Below are positions 57,320 to 64,000 of a stretch of 64,000 nucleotides of DNA, piece by piece. Origin of the DNA: Caldilineales bacterium (GTDB taxonomy: Bacteria > Chloroflexota > Anaerolineae > J102); contig JBBINH010000004.1 of assembly GCA_037443945.1 (NCBI GenBank), positions 64,976-128,975 of the forward strand, written 5' to 3'. The notes beneath the pieces were generated by a model that searched no databases, was not told the origin of the DNA, and was given only the letters and a program-made list of their open reading frames with translations. Every line of letters starts with the position of its first letter. Positions within the stretch are counted from its first letter, which is position 1. The position numbers and the translations under genes are program-made.

Positions 57320-57844
57320 CTACGATGCCAGCGCCTTGACCAGCTCGCGGTTGAAGGCGGGGATATCCGGCACCACGCGACCCCAGACGATGTTGCCGTC
57401 GCGGAAGGCGGCCTCATCCACCCAGGTGGCCCCGGCGTTGATGAGGTCGTCTTTGATGCCCAGCGAACCCGTGGCACGGTGTCCGGCCACAATGCGGGCA
57501 GAAATGCCCACAAGGCCGGCATGACAGATCATGCCTACGATTTTGCCCTGCTCGTAGAGGCCTCGGACCAGAGACGTGACCGCTTCGTAGCGGCGCAGTT
57601 TATCGGGCGCCCAGCCGCCGGGAATGACGACGGCATCGAACCGATCCGGGTCGACATCGGCGGCCGCCACCTCGGCCGCGGCTGTCAGGCCACCGCTTTT
57701 GCTGCGATAGACCTCGCCCGCCTTCAGCCCCACCACGGTCACCTGCGCGCCCTCCTCCAGCAAGCGCATGTAAACCGCCCAAAATTCCAGGTCCTCAAAC
57801 TCGGGACCGACCAAAAAGGCAATCCGTTTGCCGGTTAGCAGCAT
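57320..57844 (-). CDS. DJ-1/PfpI-family protein.
   Basis: Nucleophile-elbow ICHAG and overall PfpI pattern. Confidence 0.8.
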   Translation of the reverse strand: MLLTGKRIAFLVGPEFEDLEFWAVYMRLLEEGAQVTVVGLKAGEVYRSKSGGLTAAAEVAAADVDPDRFDAVVIPGGWAPDKLRRYEAVTSLVRGLYEQGKIVGMICHAGLVGISARIVAGHRATGSLGIKDDLINAGATWVDEAAFRDGNIVWGRVVPDIPAFNRELVKALAS

Positions 57845-57893
57845 GATGACCTCCTGAGTTGACGAGGGAACGAAGGGATATTACCATGGTCGC

Positions 57894-58127
57894 ATGAAAA
57901 TCAAAACCTCGATCACCCTTTCCGCCGACCTGCTCAGGGCCGTGGATGCCCACGCCGAGCAAACCGGCCAGAACCGCTCCGAATTCATCGAGACGGCCGT
58001 GCGCGCTTTTGTGCAGCAACTGGAACGGGCCGAACAACACACCGCCGACCTGATCCGCATCAACCGGCATGCCGAAGCCCTCAACCGCGCTACCCTGGCG
58101 GCCTTGGGCCAGGAGGAGATCGGGTGA
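57894..58127 (+). CDS. Ribbon-helix-helix (CopG/MazE-like) antitoxin.
   Basis: 77 aa; N-terminal beta-strand TSITLSADLLRAVD typical of RHH. Immediately precedes and overlaps the toxin gene. Confidence 0.6.
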   Translation: MKIKTSITLSADLLRAVDAHAEQTGQNRSEFIETAVRAFVQQLERAEQHTADLIRINRHAEALNRATLAALGQEEIG

Positions 58128-58441
58128 AACGGGGGGAAATCTACCGGCTGCAGCGCCAGGGACGACGGCCGACCTTATTCGTGATCCTCAGCCGTCAGGC
58201 GGTGTGCGATTCGGCCTATGCCACCGTCATCTGTGCACCGATCCTGGATACCTACATCGGTCTGCACACCCAGGTGCCGTTGCACGCGGAAAAAGGAACG
58301 ACGCCCTGGGGATGCATTCATCTGGATGCCCTGGTCAGTCTGCCCAAGGCCTGGCTGACCGACTGCGTGGCCGTGCTCACACCGGCCAAACTGGCCGAGG
58401 TCGAACGGGCACTGCGCTTGGCCCTGGATTTGCCGGATTAG
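58124..58441 (+). CDS. mazF: MazF/PemK-family endoribonuclease toxin.
   Basis: RGEIY...RPTLFVILS...TVICAPI pattern. 4-bp overlap with the antitoxin. Confidence 0.7.
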   Translation: MKRGEIYRLQRQGRRPTLFVILSRQAVCDSAYATVICAPILDTYIGLHTQVPLHAEKGTTPWGCIHLDALVSLPKAWLTDCVAVLTPAKLAEVERALRLALDLPD

Positions 58442-59070
58442 ACCTCGGTGCACGAGGGGCAACCCTCGACATCCTGAACCACGGCCAGGGTTGCGGCCGT
58501 TATCCGAGCCGGGTCCGTCTCGCGAAAACCGACGGCGCCACAACGACGACAGGCATACCAGCCCATCGTCAGCGCTGCCCAGGGCAGGGCCGGTGCCAGG
58601 TCGATGACCTCGACATCCAGGTGCCAGCGCGCATTCGTGATCAACCGGCGACAGCCGGCCGCGCGTAACCGGGCCACATAATGGCGATAGTGGCGACAGT
58701 GGCGCATCAGCAACACGGCCACGGTGACCCCGGATGGAATGGGCGTCAGGCGGGCATCGGTACACACCACCTCCAGATTGGCAGGCAGTGGTTCCGTGGC
58801 CAACGCCAGGACCTCAGGCCGTCGTTCCCAGGCGATCACACGCCGGGCTATGGCGGCCATCCGGCGCGCCAGGCGTAGGTCGCCGGCGCCGATGTCCAGC
58901 ACCACATCCTCCGGCCCGATGGCGGCCAACACGGCCTGATAGGTGACCTCATCATAGGGCGCCCAGGCCGCCTCCCAGGGATCGAGGAGGGGCGCGCCGG
59001 CGACCGTCGTCTCCGGGCTTAGGCCATGCGCGCCATGCGGAAGAGCCACAGGGCCAGAAACACCCCCCAT
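58438..59070 (-). CDS. Class I SAM-dependent methyltransferase-like protein.
   Basis: Motif I VVLDIGAGDLRLARR. Start ambiguous: ORF start at 59070 overlaps sdhD-like gene by ~50 nt; a GTG near 59004 avoids the overlap. Confidence 0.45.
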   Translation of the reverse strand: MGGVSGPVALPHGAHGLSPETTVAGAPLLDPWEAAWAPYDEVTYQAVLAAIGPEDVVLDIGAGDLRLARRMAAIARRVIAWERRPEVLALATEPLPANLEVVCTDARLTPIPSGVTVAVLLMRHCRHYRHYVARLRAAGCRRLITNARWHLDVEVIDLAPALPWAALTMGWYACRRCGAVGFRETDPARITAATLAVVQDVEGCPSCTEV

Positions 59071-59393
59071 CCCACGATAATAACGCCGACGACGGTCAGG
59101 ACTTGCGTGACAAGCCCTTTCTGTCGTTCGTTCAACGGCAGGTCGAACAGGATGGCGCGCACACCCACCATGGCATGATACGTCACCACCACCAGGAACA
59201 GGATCTCGATGGTGACCACCAGCGGGTTACCGATGTAGTCCAGCACCTGTTCGTAGGTGCGCAGCCCTCCCTCCACCACGAAATGATGGACGATCATGTG
59301 CAGCGAGAGCAAGATGACCAACAAAACCCCGGTGATGGCCTGCCCGATCCATGTCCCCGATCGGCGTTTTTCTTCGATGCTGCGCATAGTCAC
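59019..59393 (-). CDS. sdhD: Succinate dehydrogenase-type hydrophobic membrane anchor subunit (SdhD-like).
   Basis: 124 aa, three TM helices. Immediately follows the SdhC-like gene (2-nt spacing). Confidence 0.55.
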   Translation of the reverse strand: MTMRSIEEKRRSGTWIGQAITGVLLVILLSLHMIVHHFVVEGGLRTYEQVLDYIGNPLVVTIEILFLVVVTYHAMVGVRAILFDLPLNERQKGLVTQVLTVVGVIIVGWGVFLALWLFRMARMA

Positions 59394-59394
59394 C

Positions 59395-59793
59395 TCACTT
59401 GCTGAAGACCAGCCAGCCGCTATAAACCAGGAGAAGCAAGGCCACGGCCATCAAAGTCCAGAAAAGGCCTTTGTGCGATTGCGTGCCGAAACCCAGGCCG
59501 ATGATCGTCACCCGCAGGCCGTTGAGCATGTGGATAAGAATGCCGGCGATCAAGACGACATCCAGAGCCAACACCCAGGGTGCCTTCATGGTCTGGATCA
59601 GGCTATCCCAGCCGGCTGGTCCGCGCAGCAGATTGCCGATCACCACCATGTGCAGCAACAGATACACCACCAGACCGATACCGGTAATGCGCATCAGCAC
59701 AAAGGCCAGAAACCCGGCCGAACGTTTGAGGGGATTGAACCACGCCTGCACGACGCGGGCAACGGGTGATTTGTGGGGCATGGGCATGGCCAT
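59395..59793 (-). CDS. sdhC: Succinate dehydrogenase-type cytochrome b subunit (SdhC-like).
   Basis: Three TM helices with MRITG / His-containing segments. Start set at first Met after the sdhB stop (alternative starts 59781-59793). Confidence 0.6.
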   Translation of the reverse strand: MAMPMPHKSPVARVVQAWFNPLKRSAGFLAFVLMRITGIGLVVYLLLHMVVIGNLLRGPAGWDSLIQTMKAPWVLALDVVLIAGILIHMLNGLRVTIIGLGFGTQSHKGLFWTLMAVALLLLVYSGWLVFSK

Positions 59794-59803
59794 AGGGCTT
59801 TGC

Positions 59804-60568
59804 TTATCCTCCCTTGAAGAAACGCTTGACCTTGGCGACCACCAACTCACGACGCAAGGCCATGATTTTGTGGCCCGGATTCACATCGCTGGGACACACG
59901 GCGCTGCACTCCATGGCGCTGTGGCAACGCCAAACCCCGTTATCGTGGTCCACATCGGCAAAGACCTCGGCCGGGCTGCGCTCGCCTGTTACCAGGGCCC
60001 GATAGGCAGCGGCCAATCCGGCCGGACCGATGAACGCCGGGTTGGTATTGGCCACCGGACAGGCCGACAGACAGAGATTGCATTCAATGCAGTCTTCGTA
60101 ACGGCTAAACCGCTCGACCCCGGGGGGCGTTTCGGCCTCGGGGTTGAACTCGCTGGCCCGCACCAGCCGCATGCCGGCCGGCGCAAAATGCCCGGCAAAC
60201 GGCGTCATATCCACAACCAGGTCGGCGATCGGCGGCGCCGCTGCCAGCGGTTCCACCACGACCACATCGCCGCCCTGCTCGAGCAACCGGGCCACGCAGC
60301 CCAACTGTTCGCGGCCGTTGATGCGCATGCCGCACGTGCCGCAAGAGGCATGATGACAGGAATGGCGATAGAGCAAGGTGCCGTCCTGGGTTGCCCGGAT
60401 CTCCTCCAGCGCATCCAGCACCGTGGTCACGGCATTGGCCTGAACTTGAAAGGTGTCATAGCGCGGGGGATCGATGGTGCCCGGTTTGTAACGCCAAACC
60501 TTGAGTGTAATCGTTTTATTTTGGCCAAAAAGCCCGTTGTTATTCATAACAACATGCTCTTTTCGCAC
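59804..60568 (-). CDS. sdhB: Succinate dehydrogenase/fumarate reductase iron-sulfur subunit (SdhB/FrdB family).
   Basis: 2Fe-2S motif CHHASCGTCGMRING...C, 4Fe-4S CIECNLCLSACP, 3Fe-4S CHSAMECSAVCP. Confidence 0.85.
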   Translation of the reverse strand: MRKEHVVMNNNGLFGQNKTITLKVWRYKPGTIDPPRYDTFQVQANAVTTVLDALEEIRATQDGTLLYRHSCHHASCGTCGMRINGREQLGCVARLLEQGGDVVVVEPLAAAPPIADLVVDMTPFAGHFAPAGMRLVRASEFNPEAETPPGVERFSRYEDCIECNLCLSACPVANTNPAFIGPAGLAAAYRALVTGERSPAEVFADVDHDNGVWRCHSAMECSAVCPSDVNPGHKIMALRRELVVAKVKRFFKGG

Positions 60569-60668
60569 TGATTGTAACTATACTGTCCAATACAGACTCA
60601 TCGGCTTGTGAGTCGCAAAAATGGATGATTTTAAGCGATTCGCAAATCGCCTGCTTGGCTATTGCGTT

Positions 60669-61835
60669 TTACTGATAATAAGCCCAATAAGGCAATAAAA
60701 CGACGTCTTTCGTCCGACACGGGGCATCAATGCCCAATTTGGCACAGACCACATCGGCCGTGGCCTCGGCCATGGCGCGCATGGTCGTGCCTTTGCCGCC
60801 GGAGATGGTAACCAGACCTTCGACCCCATCGCGCACCTTGTGGTCGAAGCACTTGAACGTGCGGGGCAGGGCGCGGCCTTCCTGGGCGCTGCCTTCGGCG
60901 ATCAACGGCCGGGCCGCCGACCAGGCCGCCCGCATGGGGGCATGGCGCACCGCCGGGATCAGCTCGCCGCCCTTCTCAAACATCAGCCGGACATGGTCTT
61001 CGGGCAGGCCTAACCGGTCCGGGTCCTCAACCGTCCACGATGTCGTGCCGATGACCGATAGCCCCCGCTGGGGCACGATGATGTCTCCGTCCGAGGGCTT
61101 GTTGAGGCGGTTGATGACCATGTTGCACCAGCGCCCGCGCACGGCGACCATCACGCCCGGCGTCGGCTTGACAGGCACGCGTGCCCCTGCCATCTCGCTG
61201 ACCTTTTCGGCCCAGGCGCCTGTGGCATTGACCACGATGTCGGCTTTGATGTCGTATTCCTGGCCTGTCACGTGGGAACGCACCCGCACGCCGGTCACGA
61301 TCCCGGCCGTGCGCAACATGCCGATAACCTCGGTATAGGGACGGATGTCGGCGCCGTTGTGTTTGGCCGTGGCAAAAAAGCGCATGGGCAACCGCCAGCA
61401 GTCCATCGTCGCATCGGGGACCTGCACCCCCAGTTTGACCTGGGGATTGATATGGGGCTCCAGGCGTTTGACCTGTTGGGCCGTCAGCACCCGGGTGGGA
61501 ATATGGCAGGCTTCGCAGCCGGCCAGGAATTTCTCCAGGTAAGCCACGTCGTCATCGGTAATGGCCACGAACAGGCCGTCGTTCTCCTCAAACGAACCGG
61601 GCGCGATCTTGCGCAGGATCCGGTTCTCTTCGATGCATTCGATGGCCGACTCTTGATCGTTGACGGCGTAGCGACCGCCGCTATGCAACAGACCGTGATG
61701 CCGACCCGCCGTCCCCGATGTCAGTTCGCCACGCTCCACCAAGGTGACTTTCAGACCGCGCAGGGTCAGGTCGTGGACCAGAGCCGCTCCGGTGGAACCA
61801 CCGCCGATAACCACCACATGGAATTGGGTTGCCAT
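60669..61835 (-). CDS. glpA: Glycerol-3-phosphate dehydrogenase flavoprotein, GlpA-like (lacks C-terminal BFD-like domain).
   Basis: VVIGGGSTGAA FAD motif. Extended colinear similarity to E. coli GlpA (GRHHGLLHSGGRYAVNDQESAIECIEENRIL; RLNKPSDGDIIVP; VTISGGKGTTMR). Confidence 0.8.
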   Translation of the reverse strand: MATQFHVVVIGGGSTGAALVHDLTLRGLKVTLVERGELTSGTAGRHHGLLHSGGRYAVNDQESAIECIEENRILRKIAPGSFEENDGLFVAITDDDVAYLEKFLAGCEACHIPTRVLTAQQVKRLEPHINPQVKLGVQVPDATMDCWRLPMRFFATAKHNGADIRPYTEVIGMLRTAGIVTGVRVRSHVTGQEYDIKADIVVNATGAWAEKVSEMAGARVPVKPTPGVMVAVRGRWCNMVINRLNKPSDGDIIVPQRGLSVIGTTSWTVEDPDRLGLPEDHVRLMFEKGGELIPAVRHAPMRAAWSAARPLIAEGSAQEGRALPRTFKCFDHKVRDGVEGLVTISGGKGTTMRAMAEATADVVCAKLGIDAPCRTKDVVLLPYWAYYQ

Positions 61836-61897
61836 AGCTCAAGAGAAAAGGGGGATCGGCATCGGCCGACGCCGATCCCCACGGCGTGGAAAACGCT

Positions 61898-63391
61898 TTA
61901 TTCGTCCAGCCAGTTCATCGAGCGTTGTACGGCCTTTAGCCAGCCCTTGTACAGGCGGCTGCGGGTCTCCTCGTCCATCTTCGGCTCGTAGACCTTGTCC
62001 ACCTGCCAGTTCTGGCGCAGGTCTTCCAGGTTGTTCCAATAGCCGACGGCCAGACCGGCGGCGTAGGCGGCACCTAGGGCCGTGGTCTCGGCCACCTTCG
62101 GCCGCACGACGGGCACGTTGAGGATGTCGGACTGGAACTGCATCAACGTGTCGTTGTAGACCATACCGCCATCCACCTTCAGCGCCGTCAACTTGACGCC
62201 GGAGTCTTTCTCCATGGCATCCAGCACCTCGCGGGTCTGATAGGCGGTGGCTTCCAGGGCTGCCCGGCAGATGTGATACTTGTTGATGTAGCGGGTCAGG
62301 CCGATGATAAGGCCGCGCGCCGAGGACTGCCAGTAGGGAGCAAACAGACCGGAGAAGGCGGGGACGAAGTAGATGCCGCCGCTATCCGGTACCTGCTTGG
62401 CGTAGTCCTCGATGTGTTTGGAGAAATCGAAGAAGTCCAGATTATCGCGCAGCCATTGCACCAGGGCGCCGGTAATGGCGATGGAGCCTTCCAGGCAGTA
62501 GACGGCCGGTGCATCGCCCATCTTGTAGCCCAGGGTGGTGAGCAAACCGCTCTTGCTGGGCACGGGCGAGGTGCCGGTGTTGAGGAGCATGAAGCAGCCG
62601 GTGCCATAGGTGTTCTTGGCTTCGCCGACACCGAAGCAGGTCTGGCCGACGAGCGCCGCTTGCTGATCGCCCAGGTCACCGCAGACCGGCACGCCGTTCC
62701 AGTAGCCGTAAATCTTGGGGTCGCTGGAGGGGCGAATTTCCGGCAACATCTGCCGCGGGATGCCCAGAATCCCCAGGATCTCCTCGTCCCAATCCAGGGT
62801 TTCCAGGTTCATGAGCATCGTGCGGCTGGCGTTGGAGACATCGGTGACATGGGCGCCACCGTTGGGCCCACCGGTCAGGTTCCAAATGACCCAGGTGTCG
62901 ATGTTGCCGAAGAGCGCGTCCCCGCGTTCGGCCGCCGCACGGACGCCCTCGACGTTATCGAGGATCCATTTGATCTTGGGGCCCGAGAAGTAGGTGGCCA
63001 GCGGCAAGCCGACCTTGGGGCGGAAGCGATCCTGGCCGCCCTCCTTGGCCAGCTCATTGCAGATTTTGTCGGTGCGGGTGTCCTGCCAGACGATGGCGTT
63101 GTAGTAGGGCTTGCCCGTGTTCTTGTTCCAGACGATGGTGGTCTCCCGCTGGTTGGTGACCCCGATAGCGGCCAGCTCGGCTGGGGTCAGACCGGCCCGA
63201 CGCAGCGCGACCTGCATCACCTCGTTAGTGCGGTCCATGATTTCCATCGGGTTGTGTTCAACCCAGCCGGCTTGAGGATAGATTTGCTCGTGTTCGAGCT
63301 GATGAATGCCGACCACATTGCCGCCATGGTCGAAGATCATAAAGCGGGTACTGGTTGTCCCCTGATCGACTGCAGCAACGTATTTAGCCAT
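61898..63391 (-). CDS. glpK: Glycerol kinase.
   Basis: N-terminus [21 protein letters not shown] and FGGY-family pattern throughout. Confidence 0.9.
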   Translation of the reverse strand: MAKYVAAVDQGTTSTRFMIFDHGGNVVGIHQLEHEQIYPQAGWVEHNPMEIMDRTNEVMQVALRRAGLTPAELAAIGVTNQRETTIVWNKNTGKPYYNAIVWQDTRTDKICNELAKEGGQDRFRPKVGLPLATYFSGPKIKWILDNVEGVRAAAERGDALFGNIDTWVIWNLTGGPNGGAHVTDVSNASRTMLMNLETLDWDEEILGILGIPRQMLPEIRPSSDPKIYGYWNGVPVCGDLGDQQAALVGQTCFGVGEAKNTYGTGCFMLLNTGTSPVPSKSGLLTTLGYKMGDAPAVYCLEGSIAITGALVQWLRDNLDFFDFSKHIEDYAKQVPDSGGIYFVPAFSGLFAPYWQSSARGLIIGLTRYINKYHICRAALEATAYQTREVLDAMEKDSGVKLTALKVDGGMVYNDTLMQFQSDILNVPVVRPKVAETTALGAAYAAGLAVGYWNNLEDLRQNWQVDKVYEPKMDEETRSRLYKGWLKAVQRSMNWLDE

Positions 63392-63469
63392 GGTTTGAAC
63401 TCCTTTGTTCAGAGAAGGGCTAATGAGCGTGAATACAACGAAGACGCCGGGAACGGCCTTGCCCCGACG

Positions 63470-63991
63470 CTATTCCTTGTTTTTGTTGGCGAAGCAATCG
63501 GCAGCGCAGCGGAAGAGCAAATAGGACGACGTTGCACCGGGATCCTGGTGGCCGATGCTGCGTTCACCCAGATAGCTGGCCCGGCCTTTGGTTGCCAACA
63601 TGGGGATGGTGGCTTTCATGCCTTCTTCGGCTGCCTGCGCGGCCTGTTGCAGGGCGACGGCAAAGGGCTGCCCGGCTTCCAGGGCGCGGCGAAGGGCCTG
63701 GCAGGCCGGGGTCAGCGCATCGACCATGGTCTTCTCGCCGATGGTGGCTTTGCCGCGCTGCTGCACTCCGGCGAGACCGGCCTCCAACGCCGCCAGGAAT
63801 TCCAACGGTGAGAGTTCCATCTTGCCGTCGGTCGTGGCGCCGGCCCGCATGAAGAAGGTGCCGTAAAGGGGACCGCCGGCTCCACCGACCGTCGCCACCA
63901 GGGTCATTCCCGTCATCTTGAGGATGGCACCGATGTCCTTTTCGGCCACGGTCGGCATCTTGGCCAACACGGCGGCAAAACCGCGATCCAT
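63470..63991 (-). CDS. dhaL: Dihydroxyacetone kinase subunit L (DhaL); N-terminus may extend beyond window end.
   Basis: GGAGGPLYG ADP-binding motif and helical DhaL pattern. ATG at 63989-63991 but no upstream stop within the window. Confidence 0.7.
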   Translation of the reverse strand: MDRGFAAVLAKMPTVAEKDIGAILKMTGMTLVATVGGAGGPLYGTFFMRAGATTDGKMELSPLEFLAALEAGLAGVQQRGKATIGEKTMVDALTPACQALRRALEAGQPFAVALQQAAQAAEEGMKATIPMLATKGRASYLGERSIGHQDPGATSSYLLFRCAADCFANKNKE

Positions 63992-64000
63992 ATTGGCGCC

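Overview
This is a 64 kb high-GC (~65-68%) bacterial chromosomal segment, gene-dense on both strands. There are no rRNA or CRISPR features, and tRNAs could not be screened by eye. All calls come from reading ORF translations for motifs and domain architectures; no database search was run. The phylum is not determinable from here; the gliding-type ABC-2 systems, C25 peptidases and high GC are compatible with a Chloroflexota-like organism, but this is weak inference.

The most unusual content is a co-directional ten-gene cluster at 1-9448. It holds three paralogous proteins that each end in a protochlorophyllide-reductase C-terminal (PCP_red, BchB/ChlB-type) domain. These are a tandem-USP fusion, a small Zn-ribbon protein, and a radical-SAM/SPASM AhbD/NirJ-like enzyme. 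Interleaved with them are two divergent Mrp/NBP35 (ApbC-like) P-loop ATPases, an FmdE-family Zn-ribbon protein, a CcoP-like diheme cytochrome c and membrane proteins. The cluster is followed by a GAF x3 sensor kinase/NarL regulator pair. Read together, these point to an uncharacterised tetrapyrrole/metallocofactor-modifying or nitrogenase/DPOR-like reductase system.

Other notable content:
- A previously unrecognised ~100-bp MITE-like element is present in three copies, each with perfect 8-bp target-site duplications and a variable internal 8-bp tandem repeat.
- An operon of two paralogous gingipain-type C25 peptidases flanks a Pro/Thr-rich membrane-anchored protein, downstream of a heterodimeric ABC exporter.
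- An amidoligase/peptidase operon has one conspicuously low-GC ATP-grasp gene.
- A glpK-glpA locus is followed directly by sdhB-sdhC-sdhD-like genes with no SdhA flavoprotein, suggesting a chimeric glycerol-3-phosphate:quinone oxidoreductase.

Housekeeping and accessory genes include kynU/kynB, add, hpt, mpg, murJ, hemW, avtA-like, two ABC-2 (GldFG-type) systems, a Ser/Thr kinase + FHA-wHTH pair and a MazEF-type toxin-antitoxin.
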